Origin: a virus
IMG/VR virus record: IMGVR_UViG_3300045988_062257
Length of the DNA: 64,000 nucleotides
Strand: one strand, 5' to 3'
Part shown: positions 45,562 to 56,035 of the stretch, in pieces
Numbering within the stretch: position 1 is the stretch's first letter
How the letters are laid out: each line of letters begins with the position of its first letter
The notes under the pieces: model-generated
Told to the model about the DNA's origin: nothing
What the model saw: the letters and a program-made list of their open reading frames with translations, nothing else
Databases searched by the model: none
Program-made: the position numbers and the translations under genes

Positions 45562-46076
45562 TTTCTGCTATTGTTGCGGTAGACGAGCATTGGGGAATTG
45601 GTTATCAAGGTCAACTATTAGAACATATCCCTGCTGATCTAAAACATTTCAAAGAGTTGACTAAATATAATGTTGTGGTAATGGGACGCAATACTTGGGA
45701 GAGTCTTCCTAAAAAGGATGCTCTGCCAAGGCTTCCAGACCGTATCAATATTATTGTTTCTAACTCAATGGTTTCAAATGGGGTGATTTCTATTCTTGGA
45801 GATCTAACTGTTGCAATGCCATTAGAGGGAACTCTTGATTACATTAAGGTTTGTGATATGGATATTTTTGTTATTGGTGGAGGACAGATTTACAATGCTC
45901 TTCTCCCCTATTGCGATAGAGTTTATGTAACAAAAATCTATGCAAGTCATGATAATATTGATACCTTTTTCCCTAATCTCGATGAATCAAAAGAATGGAA
46001 TGCTATTGAGGAAGACTCAATGGCCTCATATAACGACATCAAATATCAATTTTGGCGGTATGATAGGGTCAGTTGA
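45558..46076 (+). CDS. folA: Dihydrofolate reductase
   Basis: MISAIVAVDEHWGIG...VVMGRNTWESLP (DHFR N-terminal motif) and GGGQIY. Confidence 0.6.
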   Translation: MISAIVAVDEHWGIGYQGQLLEHIPADLKHFKELTKYNVVVMGRNTWESLPKKDALPRLPDRINIIVSNSMVSNGVISILGDLTVAMPLEGTLDYIKVCDMDIFVIGGGQIYNALLPYCDRVYVTKIYASHDNIDTFFPNLDESKEWNAIEEDSMASYNDIKYQFWRYDRVS

Positions 46077-46084
46077 TTTTTCTT

Positions 46085-46131
46085 TAATTTTATGTTATTA
46101 TATATGTATAAAAGGTAAGGAAATGGATTAA
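46085..46131 (+). promoter_or_regulatory. Promoter motif (TTATATATGTATAAAAGGTAAGGAAATG)
   Basis: Instance of the repeated motif. Confidence 0.35.
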
Positions 46132-46512
46132 ATGAATAATAAGTACAAAGCATTTACTGATTACTTCGACTGGCTAGTGCAGAATTGCAAGGAGCCAGTT
46201 GTACTTCCCGATGAAGTACAAGATGTCTATAATCTCCTCCTTGCGCAGCAAGGTATGGAGAAACCCATGTTCACAGAAAGTGGACTTTCAATCCTTGAAT
46301 ATTTACAGACTTGTGATGCTACGAGTTTGAAAGCAAAAGATATCGCAGACGGAATGGTTATTTCATCTCGCAAAGTATCTGGAGCTATTCGTAAACTCGT
46401 ATCTGATGGGTTTGTAGATAAATATGGCCAGAATCCTGTCATTTATAGCTTGACGGAAAAGGGCAAAAATTTTGATATTAACGCTTATAAGGAGAATTTG
46501 AACAATGAGTAA
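46132..46512 (+). CDS. Winged-helix DNA-binding protein (MarR-like fold?)
   Basis: SLKAKDIADGMVISSRKVSGAIRKLVSDGFV resembles a wHTH recognition helix and wing. Confidence 0.35.
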   Translation: MNNKYKAFTDYFDWLVQNCKEPVVLPDEVQDVYNLLLAQQGMEKPMFTESGLSILEYLQTCDATSLKAKDIADGMVISSRKVSGAIRKLVSDGFVDKYGQNPVIYSLTEKGKNFDINAYKENLNNE

Positions 46513-47461
46513 GAAAATGAAGAATGAATCCCATGTTGAAGGTTATGTTTACGAGCACAAGCTGGAAATGAAGGAGAGCGGTCCAAACTCTAAGAATCCC
46601 GGTACTGAGTTTATTAGTGGTACTCTTAGCGTGGCAACTGATGACGAGATGCTCAATGTGGTACAGGTGCATTTCACCTATGTAACTGCGGTGACCGCTA
46701 AGGGTAAGCCTAACAATACCTTTAATGTTCTCCAGTCCATCATTGACAACAAGATTGGTTCTGTGATGGAACATGGTAAGGAGAACGCAGGTAAGGTTCG
46801 TATTGATACTGCCATTGGTCTAAATGAGTGGTATGATAAAGATGGTAATCTGGTATCTGTTCGCCGCAACGAGGGTGGCTTTGTACATCAGGTACAAGAG
46901 CTGTGCGAGCCTAAGAGCCGTGCAACTTTCAACACCGATATGGTAATTACTAACGTTCGTCGTGTTGAGGCTGATGAAGAGAAAGAAACACCCGAAAAGG
47001 TAATTGTTAAGGGCTGCGTGTTTGATTTCCGTAATGCTCTACTCCCTGTTGAGTTTAGCGTTTATGAGCCATACGCTCCCGCAAAAGCTCTCGATTATTT
47101 CGAAAATCTCGGCGCTTCCTCTAGTTCTCCTGTCTTTACCAGAGTTCAGGGTATTCAGGTATCCAAAACTATTGTGCGTAAGACTGAGGAAGAGAGTGCA
47201 TTTGGTGAAGCTGTTGTAAAGGAAACTCGTACTTCTCAGCGTGATTTTGTGATTAATTGGGCACAGCCTGAGACTTATGAGTGGGACAGCGAGGATACTC
47301 TGTTGGCTTCTGAATTGGGTGAGATGATGACCGCTCGTGAGGTTCATCTTGCTGAGATTAAGAAGCGCCAGGACGAGTATCAAGCTTCTCGTGGTAACGC
47401 GGCTGCGGGTGGTGCTTCTAAGGCAACTGCGGCTCCTGCGAAGGGCGACTACAACTTTTAA
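46505..47461 (+). CDS. Putative ssDNA-binding protein
   Basis: Position in the replication block. Gly/Ala-rich tail ending with acidic/aromatic GDYNF reminiscent of SSB C-terminal tips. No firm motif. Confidence 0.3.
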   Translation: MSKKMKNESHVEGYVYEHKLEMKESGPNSKNPGTEFISGTLSVATDDEMLNVVQVHFTYVTAVTAKGKPNNTFNVLQSIIDNKIGSVMEHGKENAGKVRIDTAIGLNEWYDKDGNLVSVRRNEGGFVHQVQELCEPKSRATFNTDMVITNVRRVEADEEKETPEKVIVKGCVFDFRNALLPVEFSVYEPYAPAKALDYFENLGASSSSPVFTRVQGIQVSKTIVRKTEEESAFGEAVVKETRTSQRDFVINWAQPETYEWDSEDTLLASELGEMMTAREVHLAEIKKRQDEYQASRGNAAAGGASKATAAPAKGDYNF

Positions 47462-47467
47462 TTAAAT

Positions 47468-47500
47468 AAGGGGCAGTTATCTACCCCTTTCATTTCCTCA
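47468..47500 (+). terminator. Rho-independent terminator (AAGGGGCAG-ttat-CTACCCCTT)
   Basis: Stem-loop plus TCATTTCC. Confidence 0.5.
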
Positions 47501-47534
47501 TTATAAATAAAATAATTAAAGGAGAAAAATAATT

Positions 47535-48509
47535 ATGAGTTTGCTTGACCTTAAACCACATGAAGTATCAAGAGATTTAAGAGGATATTCCGTTTTATTC
47601 TATGGCACTCCTAAATCTGGTAAGACTACAATTGCCAGTGAATTTCCCGGCGCACTTCTTCTCGCTTTCGAGAAAGGTTATAACGCATTGCCGGGTGTAT
47701 ATGCCCAGCCTATCAATAGCTGGGGTGAATTTAAGAAGCTCTTTACAGAGTTAAAGACTCCAGAAGTACAAGAAAAGTTCCAGACTATTGTTATCGACAC
47801 CGCGGATATTGCTTACAGTTATTGTGAAAAATATATTTGTAATCGTGAGGGTGTTGATACCATCGCAGACCTTGCTTATGGTAAGGGTTACTCCATGGTT
47901 GGCACCGAATTTGACGAGGCAATCCGCAAGATTCTTCAGTTGAATTATGGTCTGATTTTGATTTCCCACTCTACTGACAAGGTATTTAAGGATGAAGAGG
48001 GCAACGAATATAATCAAATCGTTCCCACTCTTGATAAGAGAGGCCGTCTGATTTGCGAAAGAACTTGCGACATTATCGGTTATTCCACTTCTGTGAATAC
48101 TGATGAAGGTGTTCAAACTCGCCTCTTTATGAGAGGTACTCCTCGTTACGTAGCAGGTTCTCGTTTTAAGTATATTCCCAATTCTATTGAATTTACTTAT
48201 GATAACTTAGTAAGTGCGATCGCGGAAGCTATCGACAAGCAGGCAGAGGAAACTGGCGGTAAGTTTATTTCTGATGAAGCTACTCAGGTAGTTACAGAAG
48301 ATGTAATTTATGATTTTGATCGACTAAATGCTCGTTTCCAAGAACTGGTTGGTGAGTTGATGTCTGCTAATCAGTCTAATGCCGGTAAGATTACTGCTAT
48401 TGTTGACAAGTATCTTGGTAAGGGAAAGAAAGTCGGAGAATGTACTCCTGAGCAAGCTGAACAAATTGACCTTATTGTTCATGACTTGGAGCTTCTAATT
48501 AAGGGCTAA
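47535..48509 (+). CDS. RecA-superfamily ATPase (Sak4-like recombination protein)
   Basis: Walker A YGTPKSGKTT, Walker B VIDTAD, overall AAA_24-like layout. Confidence 0.5.
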   Translation: MSLLDLKPHEVSRDLRGYSVLFYGTPKSGKTTIASEFPGALLLAFEKGYNALPGVYAQPINSWGEFKKLFTELKTPEVQEKFQTIVIDTADIAYSYCEKYICNREGVDTIADLAYGKGYSMVGTEFDEAIRKILQLNYGLILISHSTDKVFKDEEGNEYNQIVPTLDKRGRLICERTCDIIGYSTSVNTDEGVQTRLFMRGTPRYVAGSRFKYIPNSIEFTYDNLVSAIAEAIDKQAEETGGKFISDEATQVVTEDVIYDFDRLNARFQELVGELMSANQSNAGKITAIVDKYLGKGKKVGECTPEQAEQIDLIVHDLELLIKG

Positions 48510-48605
48510 GATTAAAGGAGGGTATTCTTGTATGAATACTCTCCTTTTGATTTTTTATCATAATTATGGTATAATAGTTATAGAAAATGTAAAGAAAGGA
48601 GCGTA

Positions 48606-49142
48606 ATGATTATGGCAAAACATATGGTGAAGTGCTTGTACTGCGGCCAGATGTTTGATGCTAATACCGAGCCTTTCGTAAAACCAAACGCAAGACGATA
48701 TGCTCATGTAGCTTGTGCGAGGACAGAAGAAGAAAATCAAACTCAAGAAGAAAAAGACAAGCGTGAATTAGAAGAATATATCAAGGAATTATTTGGAGTT
48801 AGCACTATCCCAGTCAAAATTAGGAAACAGATGGATACCTTTAGAAAAGAAAAAAATTATAGCTATTCTGGAATGAGAAAAACGCTAAAATTTTTCTTTG
48901 AAGTTAAGGGTAATCCGATCGAAAAAGCTAACGGTGGTATCGGTATTATTCCTTGGGTATATGATAAAGCATTTGATTATTGGAGAGCTTTATGGGAAGC
49001 TCAAGAGCGCAATAAGGGAGTAGAAATTCAGAAGTATAATTTGCCTGTGCGAGAAATTCACATTGTTCCTCCTGAGAGAGAGCCAATGAAGCATACGCGG
49101 CAATTATTTACATTCTTAGATGAAGGAGAGGAAGATACATGA
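48606..49142 (+). CDS. Zinc-finger protein, hypothetical
   Basis: CLYCG...HVAC four-ligand motif near the N-terminus. Confidence 0.4.
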   Translation: MIMAKHMVKCLYCGQMFDANTEPFVKPNARRYAHVACARTEEENQTQEEKDKRELEEYIKELFGVSTIPVKIRKQMDTFRKEKNYSYSGMRKTLKFFFEVKGNPIEKANGGIGIIPWVYDKAFDYWRALWEAQERNKGVEIQKYNLPVREIHIVPPEREPMKHTRQLFTFLDEGEEDT

Positions 49143-50680
49143 ATAGTAGTTATGTTGATACTGCTGCTATCACACAGATTATCGGTTGTGTCTTCAATAA
49201 TGCCGCAATTCTCGACGACACAGACAAATATATTATCCACGAAGAAGACTTCGTAGAAGATTTCCACAAGATTGTATTCGGTAGTATGTATAATATTCAT
49301 CTGACAGGTAGCCAGGTTAATATTGATGCTATTATCGACTATTTAGCTAATCGACCTAAATTTGATGCAATCTTTAAGAAGAATAAGGGTGTTGAGTATC
49401 TATTAGAAGCTTCTCAAAATGCTCGTCAAGACACTTTTAATTATTATTATGGTAGGTTGAAAAAGTTTACTCTGTTGAGAGCTTATGATAGCTATGGAGT
49501 AGACGTAAGTGGATTGTATGATCCTGATAATCTACTCGATACCAAAAAGCGCCAACAACAGGAAGATTGGTTGGATGCAACTTCACTGGTTGATATTGCA
49601 AATACAATTGATACTAAGATTGATGAAATCAAGAGCAAGTATATTGATGATGATTTAGGTCTTGGATATCAAGCCGGTGACGGTATCATGGAGTTGATCG
49701 AAGACCTTGAGAAACATCCAGAGGTCGGTATTCCTCTCTATGGACCTCTCATCAATACAGTAACAAGAGGAGCAAGATTGCGAAAATATTACTTGCGATC
49801 TGCAGCTACTGGTATCGGTAAAACGAGAAGTATGATTGCTGATGCTTGCAATTTTGCGTGTAATCGCATCTACCATGAGCAGTTTGGTTGGATTAAAAAT
49901 GGCGCATCTCAACCGACACTCTTTATTGCTACAGAGCAAGATAAAGGAGAAGTTCAAACAATGATGTTGGCTTTTTTATCTTGTGTAAATGAGGAGCATA
50001 TCCTTAATGGTCAATATCTCGAAGGGGAAAGAGAGCGAGTTGTTGAAGCTGCAAAGATAATTAAAGATAGTCCAATTTGGATTGAAGAATTGCCAGATTT
50101 CTCTTTGCAGGATGTAGAGAATAAGATTAAGAAGAATATCCGTGAGCATGATGTTAAGTATGTTTTGTTTGATTACATTCAGACTTCTCTTAAAATCTTG
50201 GAAGAGATCACCAAGAAAACTGGTGGTATTCGTTTGAGAGAAGATAATATTTTGTTCATGCTTTCTGCGAGACTAAAGGATTTGGCAAATAAATATGGCG
50301 TCTTTATTATGTCTGCTACTCAGTTAAATGGTGATTATAAAGATAGCGAAACGCCTGACCAAAACTTATTGCGCGGTGCAAAAAGTATTGCAGACCGAGC
50401 TGACGTAGGTATGATTTTATTAGGCGTTTCAGAAGAAGATTTAGCAAAGCTAGAACCAATTCTTGAAGCAAACCCCAATCTTCAAAGACCGAACATTAAA
50501 CTCTCTGTCTATAAGAACAGACGAGGCTCTTATAAGGGCGTGTTCTTATGGTGTACCGCGGATTTAGGTACTTGTCGTATTCACCCTCAGTTTTGTACCA
50601 CTTGGCACCATGAGATGGTTGGTATTGAAGATATTAAAGTTATTGTAGATGATGAACCCAGTGCATGGGATAATAATTAA
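49139..50680 (+). CDS. dnaB: DnaB-like replicative DNA helicase
   Basis: Walker A AATGIGKT, H2/H3/H4-like motifs, N-terminal DnaB-like domain. Confidence 0.65.
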   Translation: MNSSYVDTAAITQIIGCVFNNAAILDDTDKYIIHEEDFVEDFHKIVFGSMYNIHLTGSQVNIDAIIDYLANRPKFDAIFKKNKGVEYLLEASQNARQDTFNYYYGRLKKFTLLRAYDSYGVDVSGLYDPDNLLDTKKRQQQEDWLDATSLVDIANTIDTKIDEIKSKYIDDDLGLGYQAGDGIMELIEDLEKHPEVGIPLYGPLINTVTRGARLRKYYLRSAATGIGKTRSMIADACNFACNRIYHEQFGWIKNGASQPTLFIATEQDKGEVQTMMLAFLSCVNEEHILNGQYLEGERERVVEAAKIIKDSPIWIEELPDFSLQDVENKIKKNIREHDVKYVLFDYIQTSLKILEEITKKTGGIRLREDNILFMLSARLKDLANKYGVFIMSATQLNGDYKDSETPDQNLLRGAKSIADRADVGMILLGVSEEDLAKLEPILEANPNLQRPNIKLSVYKNRRGSYKGVFLWCTADLGTCRIHPQFCTTWHHEMVGIEDIKVIVDDEPSAWDNN

Positions 50681-50693
50681 GGAGAAGATAATA

Positions 50694-50867
50694 TGAAGAA
50701 CTCTAAGGCTATTGATTATCAGATTACTAAGAAGCAGTTTGATGGTATCCTTTCTACTCGTAAGGATGATGAAGCAAAAAAGAACCCTTATCAGTATGTA
50801 ATGGGGATTATCAATGAGAGTTATGGTCTGCGTGGTACAGTAACTCATCTCGTTATTATTGAGTAAT
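50694..50867 (+). CDS. Hypothetical small protein
   Basis: RBS AAGGAGAAG. Stop overlaps the next start (TAATG). Confidence 0.3.
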
Positions 50868-51969
50868 GTCTCGTTATTATGATAAAGACGAGCTAAAGGA
50901 GAAACTAGAACTAGAGCAGATTTATGACTTGGTAGAAGCTTGGGGAGGCGAGCCTGAGTACACAGATGGAGGGCTTATCTCTCAGACCATTTGTCACAAT
51001 CTACCTGGCGAGGGTTCCCGCAAGCTTTATTATTACACTAATACTCGATTGTTTAGATGCTATACTGGCTGTATTGATCCTACTTTTGATATCTTTGACC
51101 TATGTATCAAGGTAATGAAAAATCAAAAGCAACTGAAATGGGAAATGTACGATGCTATGGATTATATAGCATCGTACTTTGGTTTTGATGGTATCGAAAA
51201 ACAAGAGGAACAATCGGAGTTAAAAGACTGGGACATATTTAAGAAACACAATTTGCGGCTTCCAGAAAAGAAACCTATGGTTCAATTAAAAGAATATGAT
51301 CCAGTTATTCTTACTCGCTTTGCTTATCCACGAATCTCTCGTTGGGAACAAGAGGGAATTAGTGATGAAGTAAGTAAAAAGAATCTTATTGGCTACTATC
51401 CAGGCGGCGAGCAAATCACAATTCCGCATTTTGATATTGATAATCGTTTGATTGGTATTAGAGGTCGCTCTTTAGCGGCAGATGAAGCTGAGAGATATGG
51501 TAAATATAGACCTCTATTGATTGGTAAGCAATTATACAATCATCCATTAAGTATGAATCTGTATAACTTAAACAATAGCAAAGATAATATCGCTAAAATT
51601 CATGCCGCGATTATTTTTGAGAGCGAAAAGTCTTGTTTGATGTATCAATCATACTATGGGCATGAGAATGATATTTCTGTCGCTATTTGCGGAAGTAGCT
51701 TATCGAGCTATCAGGTTGATTTATTGAAACAAGTTGGCGCGAGAGAAATTGTGATTGCTCTTGATAGGCAATTCCAAGAAATTAGCGATGATGAGTTTAA
51801 GCGATTAAAAGCCAAACTTATTCATTTTTATAATAAATATAATAACTCTATAAGAGTAACAGCTATATTCGACAAAGCTATGATTTCACCTTATAAAGCT
51901 AGTCCTATTGATCAAGGACCGCAAGTTTTTGAGAAATTATTAGCCGAACGAATTATTCCAAAAGATTAA
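50866..51969 (+). CDS. DNA primase (zinc-binding plus Toprim)
   Basis: Zinc-ribbon CHNLPGE...CYTGC and a downstream Toprim-like acidic cluster. Sits between helicase and DHH genes. Confidence 0.5.
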   Translation: MSRYYDKDELKEKLELEQIYDLVEAWGGEPEYTDGGLISQTICHNLPGEGSRKLYYYTNTRLFRCYTGCIDPTFDIFDLCIKVMKNQKQLKWEMYDAMDYIASYFGFDGIEKQEEQSELKDWDIFKKHNLRLPEKKPMVQLKEYDPVILTRFAYPRISRWEQEGISDEVSKKNLIGYYPGGEQITIPHFDIDNRLIGIRGRSLAADEAERYGKYRPLLIGKQLYNHPLSMNLYNLNNSKDNIAKIHAAIIFESEKSCLMYQSYYGHENDISVAICGSSLSSYQVDLLKQVGAREIVIALDRQFQEISDDEFKRLKAKLIHFYNKYNNSIRVTAIFDKAMISPYKASPIDQGPQVFEKLLAERIIPKD

Positions 51970-51980
51970 GGAGGTAAATC

Positions 51981-53690
51981 ATGGATTATTAGCTGATTAA
52001 GCCTATTCATGACGGTTACTCCGCTATTGAACAGGTGCTGACAAATAGAGGGATTAAATTTGAAGATATTGATCATTATCTTAATGTATCAGAATCAGAT
52101 AATTTATCACCCCTTTTGCTCAAAAATATTGAGAGTGCAGCTAAGATGATTTTTAATCAACTTAGTAAAGATAGTTTTCATATTCATGTGCAAGTGGATA
52201 GCGACTGCGATGGATATACTTCAGCAGCTTTATTATTGAATTATATCCATGCTATATTCCCATCTGCTATATCGCATATTTCATATAGTTTTCACGATGG
52301 TAAGATTCATGGTATTAACCCTGAGTTGATTCCACCAGAGACAACATTAGTCATTGCTCCAGATTCAAGCTCTAATGACTATGATATTCACAAGGCTCTC
52401 CATGATAAGGGTATTGAAGTTCTTGTATTGGATCACCACTAGGCTGAGAGAATTTCAGAATATGCTTGTATCGTGAATAATCAACTTTGTGATTATCCTA
52501 CTAAATCGCTTTCTGGTGTTGGTGTAGTTTATAAGCTATGTCAATTTATTGATTCTCTGCTTCCCGCAGATCAACAGAAAGCGGATCAATTCTTGGATAT
52601 AGTAGCTATTGGCTTGGTTGGAGATATGATGGATTTAAGAGATTTTGAAACACACTATCTAGTTCAGACTGGATTAAATCAAATTCAAAATCCATTTATC
52701 AAAGGTATGGCAGAAAAGAATCATTACCAGTTAGGCGATCACCCTACTCCTATCGGGGTTGCTTTCTACATTGTACCACTTATTAACTCAATTACAAGAG
52801 TTGGAACAATGGCTGAAAAGATTTTATTATTTGAGTCTATGCTTAACTGGAAAGCCTTTGATTTAGTTCCTTCAACTAAGAGAGGATGCTCTGGTCAGCA
52901 AGAGACAAGATTGGAACAAAGCTTGCGGACTTGCACTAATGTCAAGAATCGGCAAACGAGAAATCAGGATGCCGCGGTTGAACAGGTTAAAACAATCATC
53001 GAGGATAATAAACTTCTCGATCATAAGATTTTGTTAATTAAATTAGAACACCCTTCTTTTGATAGAGGTATCACTGGTTTAATTGCTAACAAACTTATGG
53101 CAGAATACCAGCGGCCTGTGGCATTGTTAGTGGAAGTAGAAGAAGATGGGAAAATCGCTTGGAGCGGTTCGGCACGTGGATATGAGAAATCTAAGCTAAA
53201 TGATTTCAGAGGCTTTTGTCGAGATAGCGGTTTAGTTTATCTTGCTGAAGGCCATCCTAATGCATTTGGTTTCGGTATCTTGGACGAGAATTTTGATGCC
53301 TTTCTCGAATATGCCGATAATGCACTCAAGGATATAGAATTTTCACCAAGTTATAAAGTGGATTTTATTCATTCCATAAACAACTTTAATCCTAAAGAAA
53401 TTCTTGAACTAGGTAACATGAAAAATCTTTGGGGTCAAAATGTTGATGAACCACTTATCGCGGTGGAAAATGTTGCAGTAACAAAAGACATGATTACACT
53501 CATGGCAAGAGATAGGAACCCCACGTTGAAGATCCAATTACCCAACGGAGTTACTTGCATCAAGTTTAAATCAAGCGAAGAGGAGCTGGATAGTTTGTTC
53601 AGCGAAAACGGTTGCGTGACTATTAATCTTGTGGGTAAGGCCGAAGTAAATAAATACTTCAATAGTGTAACACCACAACTTATTATCTAG
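51981..53690 (+). CDS. DHH-family phosphoesterase (RecJ-like exonuclease); two in-frame TAG (codon 4 and after the DHH motif)
   Basis: Perfect SD AAGGAGGT 7 nt before ATG 51981, then MDY*LIKP. DHH motifs DCDGYTS, VLDHH*, and DHHA1-like GHP. ORFs 52035-52442 and 52473-53690 are in the same frame (offset 438 nt). Confidence 0.6.
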
Positions 53691-53766
53691 AATTATGAGA
53701 TTATAAATCGTCAGGAATATTATTTTTAATGATTGCGCGACCTCTTACTAAAGGAGGAACAATCAA

Positions 53767-54492
53767 ATGAGTCGTTTTATTAAAGTTATCACAAGTTTAA
53801 TCATTATATTATCTTTATGCGGATGTGGCTATGGCCTAGCGGTCACTGCTCAAGCTTATTCCGTGCCGTATAACGAAACTGTTAGTTATACTCTTGATGA
53901 TATGGATACATTGATTGAGCTTATTGCGGAACAAATCTCGAATATGAACGCCGCACATCAAATGGCTGAAGCTGCTAGATAGCTAGGCTATAGTGAAGAC
54001 CATGACGTCATTGTATTAGCAAAACAAGAACACGCTGATGCAAATGCTTTGAGAATGAAATATCAAAGCGTATATGACCAACTCATGGAACATTGGCATC
54101 AAAAGGAAGAAGAGTACCCAACAGCTACTTATATATGGACCTACTTCAAAGATCTGGGCTACAGTAACCAAGTTTGCGCTGGCATTCTTGGTAATATAAT
54201 GGCTGAAACTGGAGGTAACACATTAGACATTCAAGCCACGATTTCTGGTAACGGATATTATGGTATATGTCAATGGAATAAAGCCTACTCAAATGTATGG
54301 GGAGCCTCGTTAGAAGAGCAATGCGACTATCTGCGAGATACTATTGAGTACGAGTTCGATACATTCGGTTATGTTTATAAGAGAAACTTTGATTACAATA
54401 GTTTCTTAGATTTAACCGACATTAAAAGCGCCGCTCTAGCATTTGCTAAATGCTATGAGAGATGCGGTTCTGGGAGCTATTATACGCGATAG
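53767..54492 (+). CDS. Lipoprotein with phage lysozyme-like (tail-lysozyme family) domain; one in-frame TAG
   Basis: Signal peptide plus lipobox LSLCGC. After TAG 53980-53982 the frame continues (54049 in frame, offset 282 nt) into ICAGILGNIMAETGG...GYYGICQWN, paralogous to the endolysin N-domain. Confidence 0.45.
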
Positions 54493-54540
54493 CAAAATGC
54501 TATTGCTGCATATAATTACTTCATAAGTTAAAATAAAGAA

Positions 54541-54578
54541 TTGACGAACTGGCCGGAACCTAGACGGCCGTTCGTCAA
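54541..54578. terminator. Strong hairpin (TTGACGAACTGGCCG...CGGCCGTTCGTCAA), terminator-like
   Basis: About 15-bp composite stem. T-run on the reverse-complement side only. Confidence 0.35.
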
Positions 54579-54812
54579 AACTAAAACAGGGTTTACTATT
54601 TTTGGAAAGGAAAAGTGGTATGAATATTTTATATGTAGATTTAACTAGCATGAATATTTCAGAAGCAGTCTCGCTATATGAGCAACTCTCCTATAAATTA
54701 GATGATGATTTAATTATGCTACCGATGAATACTAGACTACTTTATGATGTAAAGCTAGAAGATTTATATGACTTGAAAGCTAAAGTAGATGCAGTAATTA
54801 AGGAGAAGGAAA

Positions 54813-55973
54813 ATGGAACTAACACGTAAGCAAGAGGAAGGATTGAGAATCGCAGTAGAGCGATATCACCAGAATGAACCTTATACCGTGATTTCAGGCT
54901 ACGCTGGAACAGGTAAATCAACTCTTATTAAGTTCATTATTTCTGCTCTAGATGTCAACCCCGAACGAGTAGCCTATATTGCTTATACTGGCAAAGCCGC
55001 GCAAGTATTAAGAAATAAAGGTTGTCCGACTGCGATGACTGCACATCGACTACTCTATAAATCCTTACAGCGAGCTGATGGCACTTTTATTCATATTCCG
55101 AGAGAATCACTTAACTCTGATTGTGATATTGTCGTCGTAGATGAGGTATCTATGCTACCAAAACAGATGTGGGAGCTATTACTATCGCATAATGTTTATG
55201 TAATTGCTTGCGGCGACCCAGGCCAGTTGCCTCCTATTGGCGAGGAGAATGGCATCCTCGACCATCCGCATATCTTCCTTGACGAAATTATGCGCCAGGC
55301 CGCAGAAAGCGAAATTATCCGCCTGTCCGCAGATATTCGTGCTGGTAAGATTATTAAACCTTACAAGGGTTCAGAAATCAACGTCGTTCGACAGAGAGAC
55401 CTTTGCGATGGTATGTTCACATGGGCTGATCAAATTCTTTGTGGTAAGAATGCTACTCGTCATACTATGAATAATTATTACCGTAATATGCGATATGGCG
55501 AAGATATTCCTGCTCCTATTGTTGGAGATAAAGTTATTTGTCTCAAGAATAACTGGGATAAGATTACTGCCACAGGTGATGCTCTTGTTAATGGGACCAT
55601 CGGCACGATCGAAGAGATTGCTACTTATCCTAACCCATGGCTTAATCCCATGTGTATCATTGATTTTGCGCCAGAGACTATTGATGAAACAGATCCTCGT
55701 GATCAAGTATTCCATGAACTCTTGATGGACTATAAGCTTATTACTACAAAAGAAGCAACTGTCAATAAAGAAAACTTCCGAATGTTTCCTAAGCAGTTAC
55801 GACCAGAGCAATTTGATTATGGCTACTGTATTACAGTACATAAGAGTCAGGGTAGCGAGTATGATAAAGTTCTGGTGCTTGAAGAAGTTCTTAAAAGAGC
55901 AGATCACGCAAGATGGCTATACACAGCTGTAACAAGGGCTTCGCAGAAATTAACCTTAGTATTAAAAGATTAA
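54813..55973 (+). CDS. SF1B helicase (Dda/RecD-like)
   Basis: Walker A GYAGTGKST, Walker B VVVDEVSM, motif VI-like TVHKSQGSEYD. Confidence 0.6.
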   Translation: MELTRKQEEGLRIAVERYHQNEPYTVISGYAGTGKSTLIKFIISALDVNPERVAYIAYTGKAAQVLRNKGCPTAMTAHRLLYKSLQRADGTFIHIPRESLNSDCDIVVVDEVSMLPKQMWELLLSHNVYVIACGDPGQLPPIGEENGILDHPHIFLDEIMRQAAESEIIRLSADIRAGKIIKPYKGSEINVVRQRDLCDGMFTWADQILCGKNATRHTMNNYYRNMRYGEDIPAPIVGDKVICLKNNWDKITATGDALVNGTIGTIEEIATYPNPWLNPMCIIDFAPETIDETDPRDQVFHELLMDYKLITTKEATVNKENFRMFPKQLRPEQFDYGYCITVHKSQGSEYDKVLVLEEVLKRADHARWLYTAVTRASQKLTLVLKD

Positions 55974-55984
55974 TAACTTGCTTT

Positions 55985-56035
55985 TTGTATTTAATTATGC
56001 TATAATATTTATATAAAAGGTAAAGGAGATAGTTT
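55985..56035 (+). promoter_or_regulatory. Promoter motif (TATGCTATAATATTTATATAAAAGGTAAAGGAG)
   Basis: Instance of the repeated motif preceding the polymerase gene. Confidence 0.4.

Noticed and set aside
300-56035. Repeated about 45-nt A/T-rich motif as a CRISPR array or mobile-element terminal repeats.
   Set aside because: Copies are kb apart, each sits just upstream of a gene start with an SD, and each follows a terminator. This is promoter/leader behaviour, not a CRISPR or IS structure.
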